DNA from: Botryllus schlosseri
Lineage: Eukaryota
Direction: 5' to 3'
Assembly (NCBI GenBank): GCA_051294905.1
Contig: CM119385.1
Location: forward strand, 18,724,001-18,788,000
DNA length: 64,000 nt
Shown: piece by piece, positions 9,605 through 21,660 of the stretch
Position numbering within the stretch: position 1 is the stretch's first letter
How the letters are laid out: every line of letters starts with the position of its first letter
Translations under genes and position numbers: made by a program
The notes under the pieces: generated by a model
The model's database searches: none
What the model saw: the letters and a program-made list of their open reading frames with translations, nothing else
Told to the model about the DNA's origin: nothing

Positions 9605-11139
9605 ATTAATTTCTTTAGGAGCGATACAACCCCCTTGTTATCTGTCGCCTCAAATTCTGCAGTTGTAGCATTGGCGTAATATTTGTTCCTTGTACCGGAT
9701 GCTCTTTGAGTGGATTGCTCCTTATTAATAGAATTATTCACCTTAGCCATGCTCGAATTTGAGCATTCCACTGCATTGGACACCATGACAACCAGATCAT
9801 GGAAGGACGGTGCAACATTTTGCTTTTCTTTTGTGGCTGATAATTTGATCCAGTCATTAAACAGGTTTGGTGGTAACTTAGATGCAATTTTTGCCAAATT
9901 GTCGAAATTTTCCAATTCTGAGTATTGATCCAAATTCTTCAGTGTTATATAACATTGCTGTAATTTCCTTGAAAACGCTATTAATCCTTCATTATCCCCT
10001 CGTTTCAGGTTAGGGTTGGCATTCAATTCTTCCATAAATTGACGGCCAATAGTAAAGGTCCGACCGTACGCGGTTTGCAGTATATGTTTTGCTGTTTTAT
10101 AGCCCTCATTTCCATCTATAAAGGATGCACAATGCAGAATTGATTCCTTGGCCTCTCGTTTACAGTATTGTAACAGATACGTCAATCGGGTATAACCATC
10201 TGAAACCCTGCTTTCGATATTTTTCTCAAAGTTTCGAATGAATCTTGTATATTCCTTTGGTGAACCATCAAACGTCAATAGTTCTAATTTTGGCAAATCT
10301 GAAGCGTTTCGCAGAGCCGTGGCAATCTCCATCAAATCACCACGATCTTCAATTTTTTGGGTGTGCCTTTCATTGGGCCTGGTTATTTCAGGCTGCGACA
10401 ACGTTTTCTGAAATTCTTGGCCTTCTCTTTGAGTCATGTTGCATCCCGGGTATTCGAAACCCTGCCCTTGTAACAATGAACCTTTCTCGTGCCTTCGTGA
10501 TGCTACCAGACTCGGTCTGGTTTCAACGACATCCTGTTCTTTGGGATTTGGATAAGATGGCGTTTCAAGAATGTCAATTCTGTCATCACCCAATTCCCAA
10601 GCCTCAACTTCAGCGCAGGCTAATTCATATTGGTGCGCATTTTTTTGGCGAGCCAATTTGCGTTCTACCTGTATACGCTCATCCTCCAGAGACTCTCTTT
10701 CTACTTGCTGTTTCAATTTCAAACGAGCCTTTTCTCTCAAAGCTATAGCTTTAATACGTCTCGAACTTTCACTGTCAATACTCTTGAAGGAGTATGAGGT
10801 ACCTGATCGAATAGATGAGCGACCGATTGACGGTGCTAAAGAGGGCTTGATACACTTGTTACAGCATTCTTGAAGTTTGTATCGAAATTCTTGATAATAC
10901 CGAAGCTCCCTTTCATAATCCTTGATGTGTGTTGTCTTTACAATATCATCCTCTATTCCCATAGTATACAGTCGTTGGACTGTAACATATTTCTCAAATG
11001 CACGTTCCAACTCCTTGCGGTACATTTGCAGGGTCTCATCCGGATTTAACATTTTTTCTTCAATAAATTTATATTGTTCTCCCAAACAAGCGAGCGCCTC
11101 GTCCAATTCATCCTTTGCAACAGGTTCCTTCATCGCCAT
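9517..11139 (-). CDS. BEL/Pao Gag (frameshifted just before the zinc knuckles)
   Basis: LPKLELLTFDGSPKEYTRFIRNFE...YLLQYC typical of BEL Gag; frame leaves the polyprotein at the G5 run 9630-9634. Confidence 0.9.
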   Translation of the reverse strand: MAMKEPVAKDELDEALACLGEQYKFIEEKMLNPDETLQMYRKELERAFEKYVTVQRLYTMGIEDDIVKTTHIKDYERELRYYQEFRYKLQECCNKCIKPSLAPSIGRSSIRSGTSYSFKSIDSESSRRIKAIALREKARLKLKQQVERESLEDERIQVERKLARQKNAHQYELACAEVEAWELGDDRIDILETPSYPNPKEQDVVETRPSLVASRRHEKGSLLQGQGFEYPGCNMTQREGQEFQKTLSQPEITRPNERHTQKIEDRGDLMEIATALRNASDLPKLELLTFDGSPKEYTRFIRNFEKNIESRVSDGYTRLTYLLQYCKREAKESILHCASFIDGNEGYKTAKHILQTAYGRTFTIGRQFMEELNANPNLKRGDNEGLIAFSRKLQQCYITLKNLDQYSELENFDNLAKIASKLPPNLFNDWIKLSATKEKQNVAPSFHDLVVMVSNAVECSNSSMAKVNNSINKEQSTQRASGTRNKYYANATTAEFEATDNKGVVSLLKKLIWYAPTVMAVIRLKPALHSQRKARRININ

Positions 11140-11376
11140 GACTATTTAACTATAGTCCAACCCTTCGAGTGCCGCTGAAACCTCAGTTGTAAACAATGCC
11201 TTTCAGTCGACGTGAACACTACAATAATTAGGTAGGAATGAATGGAATACCGGTACTCAATTTGAAGACTCACAAGTATTGGGGCAATCAGTTTTGCAAA
11301 CACTATATAACTGCAAAATACGGTATAAAGCTAATAAGAAGCTTTTAACCACAAACGAGTAGTGTTGTTAACTTAA

Positions 11377-11872
11377 TGTAACGTACTTTTGATCGTAGCC
11401 TAGTTACGATAGTACGTTATATTTGGCTCGATTAGAGACTTGGCTGTATCAACTTAGACTGATCGAGTAGCTTGCTAACTCGATTCCAACCACTACCTAG
11501 TTTCTATGCGTCCTATTATCCGAGCCTACCCCTGAGACACGGTCAAAGTAATTCAAGCAATTACAGAAATAGGAACACAAATTTATCAAATATATGAAAG
11601 TCCACGTCTACTTCAAGGCAGCGGTTACAAATCGGTTAACAACAGTTAACTCTCTAGGCTAAACTGATAATCTAAATGAATAACGACAATTAACTCAATG
11701 ATGCACCAAACGTCCAAACAATACAATAATCGAATCCCTTATACCCCTAATTTTGACTAATTTGAATCACTGACAAAAAATTTATCACCAGCACCAAGCC
11801 TCAAACTGATTAACAAATCACGCGGGTACGGATGACCGCTAAAGTCACTATTGAGCTCCAAGGCTCATGGAC
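11377..11872 (-). repeat. 5' LTR of BEL element, lacking the outer 22 bp
   Basis: Differs from the 3' LTR by 3 substitutions and two 4-bp indels by manual comparison; missing ACTCAACATTTCTCGTGTTACA. Confidence 0.95.
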
Positions 11873-14094
11873 ACATGTACATACGCAGTTCATTCAGCGG
11901 GATCGATATAGTCTCTCTACGTTCGGTGTTGCAGGATCTCAACATTATCTGTGCGACCATAGTGTCCTATATGGTGGCGCGGACACAAGCAAATCTCACG
12001 AGTCAGTGAAATTGGTCTACGTCACACTTTCCATTTGGTTAAAGGCGGTAACTTTTTGACCGGCTTGCCGAGCATCAAATTGATAAAACGGGTATCAATC
12101 GAGAGCTACCGCGGTACTGATTGCGAAAATATAAATTTTATTCTGCTCGTGGCTCTGGAACCCCCCAAAATCAGCCTCGAATGTTTCATTGTAACGGAGT
12201 TTGGTGTTGTCACGCTATGGTGCGACGTCAGCCATACATGCATTTTAGAGTTGGATATATAAGTGGGTTACTTTGGGAATAAGAACTCTACAGTCTACAT
12301 ATATCAACATTTTAGGTAGCTATATACATGCACCTGACGTAATATGATGATTTGACTCGGATTTTGATGATTAGTACTATGCTCTTCAATTTTATGAATA
12401 GTATATATGAAGTTTATCATGCTGGTGGCACTTCGAGATCATATTTGCGGATTATATTAAATTTTAATTCTAATTCTAATTCTATTATCCTTCCGTCGGG
12501 TCATTAATTCAACAACAGCATTTTGTGTAAATTTTTGCATCGTAATGCACGCAACCTTCCGATCTGCGCCGTCATTTTCTAGCCGTTGAATCATATACAA
12601 CTAATAAGCCGCTACGGGTCAAAAAATAATATAAACAGACAGTGACTTGTCACATTATTCTATAAATGCCCAAATTTAGAAGTCGTATCGTACTAAGCAA
12701 CTGTTACAAATTATGAGGCACCTGGCGCTGTAAGTCGTGCAGCTCGACTTCAACAAACGTTTGAAAGGTTACCACGCGTATAATCCTGAGCAGCCAAGGT
12801 GAACGTATAGCGTTATTTTCAGCCATCGATATCAGTGACTGGCCGAAAATGAGTTGCGAGAGTCGTGACAATGTAGTTACTTCATTACTCAGGCAGATAT
12901 ATTGGGAAGGAACTACTAACGAGGCTATGGAGCGTATCGCAACCCCAACAATGCAAACGGTCTATTAATAAATTGACGAATCTCTTCAGCCAAGTTCAAG
13001 TAAAGGCTGTAGTCGCGTGATTCTCGTGGTTGGATATAGCCCGCATACTTCTTTGTCGATACATAAATATAGAGTACGTTGAACCACTGCGATGCGGGAT
13101 TTTCTCTTCTCAACACAGAACAGGAATCATGGATTCGTAGTCAAGTTTGCGTCACTTTCGCGGGCTTTGAGAGAAGAGACAAGAAAGACAGACAATAAAC
13201 AAAAATATTGCTATCGTGACAATGAGCTTCGCAAATAAGCACAAGGTCGAACATGCCACTCTCATATCAACACAAATAAATATATACATTTGAACCTAAA
13301 AGTTTCTCGGACGAAAGCATATGTTGCTTTTGTAGAGCTCTCTTGTCAATACTAGTATCAAATTGAATAGGCAAACGGTGATTAATTTGATGCATGCACA
13401 ATTGCACATGTAGCAGTCACCCTAAAAGAATTGAAAGGTGATATTAATAATATGCCTAAATATGTAATTATGTTTCACGGGGCAATGTCTGAGTAAACCG
13501 ATTTATTGCGAGATTTTTTATAAATCTGATTTATGTATAAGCGTTGTTTCATGCCAGGGGATGCCGCTTCAAGTAGTGGAGCTCGCCATAATTTACAATT
13601 TACAAGTATATAGGTGCATGTGTTGTATGATATCGTGCTATAGTTTTGCTTTGCAAGCATACGCAAACACGGTACACATGGTGCATCCCGAAGCTCAGCA
13701 AAGCTACAGATCAAGATATTCATTGGATTTTAGGAACAAATATTATTTCATGATGTTTGAGTAGGAGTTAAATCATTGTAATGTTACGTACAACACGTCA
13801 CAGGAATGTAATGTTGTGATGGATATTCAAATGCGCCGAGATCTCTCCGCCCATATTGCTTACGTCGACACTATAGGAATAGCAAATGCAACACGAAATA
13901 ACGAATATTAAATTGACGATGTTTTCCATATAGTGACGTAAATGGAAATATTTGGAATATACCAAAGCATCTGCTCACAATTTTAAAGTTAATAAAAACA
14001 TGCATGTAGCCCGTATACAATATATAAATAAATCTTTAATTGAGTATATTATTCAATTGTAAATTGAAGTTCTATTACCTCCAACAGTCTTCAA

Positions 14095-14525
14095 ATAAAT
14101 ATTCATATTATGATTGATTGATGACGATATGGCGATAGATGAAAACCATATATTTGTGAAACACCAATGGTCGCAATAAACAATCAATGAATGAATATGA
14201 CTGGGTTGAAAATGGTAATAGAATTTGTACTATACGCAGTAAATTTGGAAAATTCTCAATAAAATCCATGCGTTATAGTGACCGTGTCGTGGTGGAATTT
14301 TATTTTCGCGTTAGAGATGCGCGTCATTTCTACTACCTGGCTTATCATAGGGAATGTAAACAGATACACTTATGCAACGTAGCCATTTTTATACAAGATC
14401 GGTTAATGGGAACACGACTAGGAAGTTCTCACGCGACTCAAGTAAAATATTCGAGAGATTTACCCGCATTTCCCTCCTGTGATTTTGATGGCGGCGGTAA
14501 ACTACACAAATTGTCGCTAAAGTGA
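14095..14525 (+). pseudogene. Probable pseudogene of the secreted beta-trefoil-like family (member C)
   Basis: WVENGNRICTIRS aligns with member B WIYYGEYPCHVKS; EFYFRVRDARHFYYLAY aligns with RYAFSLQRGRQRKFLTV. Upstream frame IFIL*LIDDDMAIDENHIFV resembles B's leader but has stops and a frameshift. Confidence 0.45.
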
Positions 14526-17500
14526 GTGAGAAAAATAACTCGGGCATTCGCTACGTCTTGATCTCTATCACTCCTCGTTACATATACAAGATACAATCAT
14601 AAGTATTTATGTAAGGACACCAGTTTTTATCAAATCTTCAATTTTCCGTGGTTTGATTATGACGTCGAAAGCAGTATTACGAGAGTCAAACTTCACTATG
14701 ATGGAAATAATCGTAGACGTATATATTTACATCTGCTCAGGACACACAATGTACAATGTGATACGCAAGACACAATGCGATGTAATGAACAGATAGGAGG
14801 ATGACGAAACGACCAAATACGGTCTTTCAATCTGGCATTCCCCTCTGCCTTGTGCAACAGTGTTCGGCTTTTGGCTGTCTTTCTTTGGGCGCTCTTTCGT
14901 GATCGCTTTTGTTCGATTATAATGTCCTTCATTGGATCTATGAACTCAGAAGACTATAACTGGCAACTTAAATTTATAGCAAAGACGTACAGAGATTAGT
15001 TTTGACCTGGTGGATCCCGTCAGTGGAAAGTATTCAGCTCGATCCAAAAGCTGTTTGTTATTTAACTGATGTGAAGAATTAGAGAGTGGTGCAGTGAACT
15101 CGGCTACATCCAAATCAAACGAACTAGTTAGTGACATAGGTATAGGGACAACCGTCATCACCGGTCTTATGGTAAAATTGTATACCGACGTAATTACTCA
15201 AAGTCAACCGTTAAATTATCACACTGTATGTAATGTCTGTGTTAAAGTTTATGCATGGTCTGAACGATACGCGCAGTGTTCGCAGTGTCGCCAAAGTGCA
15301 GGGAATCGAATTTCACAATATCGTGTCTGCTAGTGGTCGCTAAAACACAATGTCACGAGCGAGAAATAGCAGACGGTGGGTGCTTTGGAGTATGGGTTCT
15401 GGTAATTCTAAGCACGCAATACCCCGAAGGCGCACTTTCAGAGTGTTATTACATAATATATCATAAGTTCAGTTTATTGATAATTTCATCAGTTCAAAAC
15501 ATTACAAGATTGTGATACAGCGAAAAGACATGAAGGAGTCGAAACGAACCAAAATAGAAGTCTTTTAATCAAACACCCACCTCAGCCAAATGACGTAGCC
15601 ATTTTTTGTGTGTTGGTGTCCAAGTCTGGGTATTGATCAACAGAATTTCAGGGGTGCGAATTCTCCCAAATCCAACATATTTGTACGGGCAATTTCATCA
15701 CTACCATTTATAGTTTATACATACAATTCCCGCATACACATACATACTCACACATACATACACACTCACCTTGGCGAACGAAGTCGGGCTCGGATATTAC
15801 GCTATTCATGAAATAACTGGATTAAGTTAAGGCGAACGCATGTCTGTCCAAGTGTCCATATCTATCAGCTTACGATCGCTACTTAGATAATAACAATAGT
15901 AATAATCGGTAGTATTATTGTGATGAAAAATCACCGTGTATTTAATTTTGCGAAACGTCAAAATTTTTCCAGGTTAATGAATGAATTTAGTCAATAATGT
16001 TGGTACTTGCATATATTGCACAGCACATACGTGATCAAATTTACCTGTAGAGCTGATGGAAGTGGTGTCTTCACAAATATAGGGCAGGTAATCACACATT
16101 TTAAGTTAAGCCATGTCCAATTGGTCATGCTACACCGTTAAGACTATTCAATAGTTTCTCGCGAGTTAGCTTCTGGTGGGACCACGGACCATTGTTATTT
16201 ACTACTATGTTGAAGCATGTTATTTTGTAACTTCCGGTAAAGATTGCCGCTACTAGAAAAATATTGGAATCGTTCACGGCTCACGCATATCAGGCGAAGC
16301 TAAAAGAAAAATCCTTTCGTGATGGAAGGAGACGCACGCGGTTTCATATTAGCATTTATTCGCTAGGTGTAACACTTTCCTGTTCCGGGTCGCATTTGTA
16401 CCGCGGGGCGCAGATTGCAAGAACAGGACCATCCGGCTCCGGCTTGACTTAGCACGAGCCAAAATGTACAGTGACATGACTTGTGATTCGAAGAGATCCC
16501 AACCATCATATGAGATAGCATATAAACAATACATGCACGTTCACGGCAAGGACATTTATGTGCAGAAGCTATATAGTAGTGACCGACCTGCAGTGCTGTC
16601 TCAAATCACAATGACCTATTATTGTCAGCAAACTTCAAATAATTCATATAAATAATGGTAACTGACATCATTTACTTCATGGTCGCATGGAGCGAGCATG
16701 CGCGAGCAATCGAAATAACTGGTACTTTTTGCTTTTGTTTTCTGTGGCATGGAGAGAGAATCATGGGTTCCAAAATACGTCACCGATGGGGGGGGGACTA
16801 AAAGAGCGCTGCAGTGTTTACACCGAAGTTTTCGCAAGGTAAATGAGGCTAGTTTACAAGCGTAGTCTGAAGCTGCTCTTGAAATTTTTGTACAAAATGG
16901 TACATTCCCACGCCAGAGATTTCACGAAAACCTGTACATGCCATTCTTGTATACTCTCTGTTAGCCGAACAAAATAACCCGGTGGTCTGCCTATTGCCGC
17001 AACATAACCACGCCAGGGTCATGTCAACCAGCAACCAGCATGTCAATATATCTAGCCTAAGCGGTTTATCGTTAGCCGATCCGTCCATCGCATATTCTTG
17101 TAAATAAATAATACATAATAAATTGAACGATATTGATGTTTAGAGAAGTAGCTGGTCAGTGGTCATGAACGGTCGCAAGAGATTTCCATTCAGTATAATA
17201 GGTCGGCGATCATAAAAGGTTAAGGCTGACACAGCCGAAATTGCAATTGCTAGATGCTGTGCGGAAATCATATTGCCAAATCTCATTATTATTATTATTA
17301 TGACAACAACTACAAGATGATATATTAATTGTTATCAGTATGATAGCATACGTTTCGAAAATTGTAAAATATATATTAGGCTATTTTGATGTTAAACTCG
17401 TTGTCACGAGTCTACTTACGTGCCAAGGTATTTATTTCCGTACGTCTTATTTTTAATAATGAATACACGACACGCTTCCAACTATACTGGCATGTCAGCA

Positions 17501-19280
17501 TGTATTATAGGCATATATTTTAGTCACATTTACAAATGTACTTTGAAGCGATGACAAGACCAATTACAATGGCGTGGTTGAGTGTGTATCCTAATTCTCG
17601 GTTTATTCCTATTCTAGCTTTGATTTCACTGCTTCGGATTCTGCCGCAGCTTTAATGAGTGCTATTTTCCTATCATTAGGTTATTCGATATGACGTAGGT
17701 CTGGTGCACATATCAATTAAATACCAATTTACAACTTGGAGGGCTGGTGTCGCCACCTGGTTAAGAAAGCAATGTAATCGAAGATTGGCCGTATTTTATT
17801 GCCTTAATGTGGATTCAAGTATCTAAACTTATGATGATTTGTATTTGCATTATATGTCTGTAGAAGATTATCTATATCCGTTTCCACACTTGTTATGACG
17901 TACTTTTAACCTCGAAAACAGATGTCACATTAGCACTACTCCGGTAACAATAAATGCACAATTGCATATATCGTATATGGATAGGATGAGTAACGACATG
18001 CATTGCGTATGGCTGAATTCCCAAAGCTCCGGTTGTAACCTGCAGTGCCTGCAATACGCATTTGCATTCCTTGATATATTGAATACTGCAATTTGGGCAG
18101 CCCGTAGTCGAATGGTGCCGAACAGCAGTGTCTGACATGTAGCTGCGACCCAGGTTTAGACCGCTGAAAGGTTTGGTGGGATTCGCGACCATCGACTTTG
18201 TTGGGTTACCATGCGGGATTTAGGCCCAACGCCCAACGCCCAACGGTTATTGGCTATTCTTTGCGAGTTTCGATGACAACGGATTGGTCATTTTAACTAT
18301 ACCTATGTGATTCCCTGTCCATATATAGTGACTTGCTTCGGATCGTGATATATATACTGTATAAATATGACTTGTGGTAGTATACGTCGTCTTGACTCGG
18401 GGCGCAAAAATCCATGCTCAAGAAGCACTAAGTTATGGGAAAGTGATCTTCAATAATAGGCTCTTTTGACGACAATTTATAATACTAATATCAACGTTCG
18501 TGCCTCTGGCATCTTACATACTGCTCATATGGTGACAATAAATGAAGGCTTTGACATCGACGCATATATGTATATAATTTCGAGTTGTGTAATGTGTATA
18601 CTGTATATGCGCACACCCCCAGAGTTGCATTAAACAGAAGCTTCACTTGGATAAGCGACAATGCCACCTATATGCAATCCAGCAATCCTTATCATAAAAC
18701 GCAGTGCGCAAGAAATACCGCACACCACACAGCAAATAAGTGTCGTTCGTTTATGCAACAGATGAAGCGATAAGAATTCATCCGCTAGGCTGCTTTACAG
18801 TAGATATTACGAAAGCAGATATAAATAGAACATAATTCAAATCACACACACATATATATATATATAAATAATACAAATAAATAAATATATCAGTTGAAAA
18901 TATGCATATTATTCTCCAAAGCAAGGGATAAGCGGCCGTATGTTTGTTGACGATGACATATCTTCAAATGCAATATAAGCGAAATTGAATGAAATAGGGC
19001 TCTCATACGATTCGCCTCAAAGACTTTTATCGATTTCATATTCACGATTTATTTGGTAAACATAGTGTCTTGTGTGAATCAGAAATATGTTGTAGCAGTA
19101 TATTATTCGGCCACACAATTTTTACAACTGATCATGTATAGTTTTTTCGCTAATATTTAAACAAAATGATGATTCTTGGCCGATATAAATATTAGATGTA
19201 GTTTTCGTGCGTATATACTCCGAGACCCGACCTCTAAAATTGCAAGCATATACGCACTTACGCAGCCACATGGTCTACCG

Positions 19281-19556
19281 TTGTTTGTGGTATTCATGGT
19301 ATTTGTCGACTACTATGGTTATTTACACCAGGCCAAATCTCATCATTTTTATTCGTAGATGCCGACTTGTATGTAGCACGGTCCACGTCTAGGTTTTTAT
19401 TAGACACCGCTTACACGGATGAGATAGCGAGGAGGAGCCTATAGATAAACCTCCAACACTTGGGTATAGGAATTTTGAAGTCGACCTCGTACGGACTCGA
19501 ACCCGCAAACCATTGGTGTCACGGCTGTGAATTATACCACTATACGCTTTCTCGCC
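19281..19556 (-). mobile_element. tRNA-derived SINE
   Basis: Head with A-box-like TAGTGGTATAA and B box GGTTCGAGTCC; 3' end CCATGAATACCACAAAC(AAC); related copies elsewhere in the window. Confidence 0.85.
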
Positions 19557-21002
19557 ATTCTACACATATTATGATTGTTATCATTATGAACCTTATACGC
19601 TATACACAGTGGTACTCACCCGGCGATCAATGCGCCACGGGGTCCATTTTGCGGTACCTGAAGGTCCTTGAGGACACTGGTGGTAATTAAAAAAAATATT
19701 TAATTGTTTTAGCGAAGATGCAGAACTTCTGGACAGGTCCAACAGCTCAAAACCTCAAATTGTGGTATAGCAATCAAAAAGGTGTCTCAAAGATTATATC
19801 ATTAATGATCATAGAACAAATATTTCGGGCCAAATTTCTGGAACTTCAAAATTTGTTCTGCTGTCGAATCAAGGACATTGGTTTTTAAGACAATATTGTT
19901 ATCTGCCACTCTGTCAGCGATAGGAAAAAGAGCCGTGCATCCTCTTTCGACAACATAATCTTATAACATAGACAATTACGGATCGATACAAATGCCATGC
20001 CACAAAATGTAGTAATTTTGTCTCGCTTGTTTGACAAATCCGTAACTGCAATAGCAAACAATTGGATGAATGATCTCAAATCATATCGTAATGTTAACGG
20101 TTTCTCGAATTGAATTATTGCGACGCCCCTCGCCAATCTCATCATATTCGAGTGTCACTTAGCTAAATCACGAGACAGTGTAAAATAAACGATACTATGT
20201 AAAATGCCGGAAGTGTAAGATACGTAATTGTTGTATTTTGCACCAATATCGAAGTAGGAAATCGGGAATAATCTAATCTGATTTGTGAAATCTCTGAAAT
20301 TGCCATCTCGCTGATAGATCACGCGGACACATGCAATTACAGTGTCATCGAAGATACAGATTTGTCTACGCGCAACTTTCAAACATTGATCAGTCTGTGT
20401 CAAGCTCACGGGGATTGCTGAAACTTCAAGTTATCGCCCTATAACTCCGGAACATCACGATCAAAAGAAGATCCCTTTATATTAACTTATTTATCACGAC
20501 TCGCCAAAAAAGTCGCTGAGTCAAAGCTAATTGTTGGTAAAAGAATTCGCATGATATTCAGTCCTCTGCGAAAACGGAGTTCAATCGTACACGATCGGCG
20601 CTTACACAATGCACATCCTCGATTTAGATATACCGTGCAATGTTCGCGCAGCGTTTGGTGCGATCGAACTGCTTAGCGTATTTGTGAATTGTTGTAATAT
20701 ATAATTAATAATAGTCGCAACTATAGAAAAATACGGTAATGCCAAATTGACATAATAGCTTGAAGAATTTTTCGAATCCCTATTCTCTCTATGGTATGCA
20801 ATGTTTCTCCTCTGTTATTTGTGGTTACGAGATAGCAGAACCTCGACTATTGTGAATTTTGGGATATACAATTTCTGGTGGCTACGACCAATTAGGTTTG
20901 ACAAAACATCTCTCTGATGTAGACAATTTTTCATTTACATTGTTAAATGGACAAGTTTGTGATTTGTGATACGATTGTTGAAATACAATGTTATTTCCCC
21001 TG

Positions 21003-21080
21003 CTAGTTATTGACGATTACCCCTGACGAGTGTAAGCCAAAAATATTCCGGTTTATTTCAATATGAATATATCATTAAAT
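21003..21080 (+). repeat. Degenerate copy of the hammerhead-bearing PLE-like repeat
   Basis: CTAGTTATTGACGATTACCCCTGACGAG...; GAAA core mutated to AAAA (21039) and stem I broken (21049). Confidence 0.8.
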
Positions 21081-21232
21081 TGGACAATTTTCAATGGTTC
21101 ACATTTGAGATTTCTAGTCCAAATCGAGCGCTGCACCTTGTTACTCTGAAGTCACTTCCGTACATACATCGCACTGAAGTATAGGAATACTATTCGTTTA
21201 ACTACTCATTCGTGGCACGAATGTATCACACC

Positions 21233-21660
21233 TAGGGTTGCATTTAAGACAAACGATGTTTTAAAACACTTTGTTTAAAACATGTTTTGAACAGTGTTTT
21301 AAACAAAAGCCTTCAAAAAAAAGTTGCGTTTTTTTCAAGTTGTAAAATTATGCCATAATTGTGTAAAGACTTTCCAGAAAACATGTTGTATGAGCCTACG
21401 GACAATAACCACCCGATTTAGCCGACGTATATCGATATGGGATGTTTGGAACCCTCAAATAGACGGTTCAACAGTTATAGTACAGATATTTCGTCAGGGG
21501 AGCTATATTTACTCTATATTTTCAAGTGTCAATGTCAATCCATTATGACGTCACAATTGAATGTTCGTGACGTCATAGCTTTAAAAAAACTTGTTTTAAA
21601 CTAGGGCCATGTTTTAAACATGCTTGTTTTTAATTGGTTTTTGTTTTAAATGCAACCCTA
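21233..21660. mobile_element. hAT MITE family A, complete (428 bp)
   Basis: TIR TAGGGTTGCATTTAA at both ends; perfect 8-bp TSD ATCACACC. Confidence 0.92.

Larger units (their letters stand above)
4787..11872 (-). mobile_element. BEL/Pao LTR retrotransposon, near full length, young, frameshifted
   Basis: Two near-identical LTRs; Gag-PR-RT-RH-IN order with BEL-type motifs; PPT GGGGGGGTA (minus strand, 5305-5313); ACATG on both flanks (4782-4786, 11873-11877). Confidence 0.97.

Noticed and set aside
9600-9640. Programmed -1 ribosomal frameshift between gag and pol
   Set aside because: No canonical slippery heptamer; a 1-bp loss in a G run explains it, and a second, clearly disabling shift exists in the integrase.
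6504-11149. Plus-strand ORFs of 60-167 aa inside the retrotransposon
   Set aside because: Antisense shadows of the gag-pol frame with no independent motifs.
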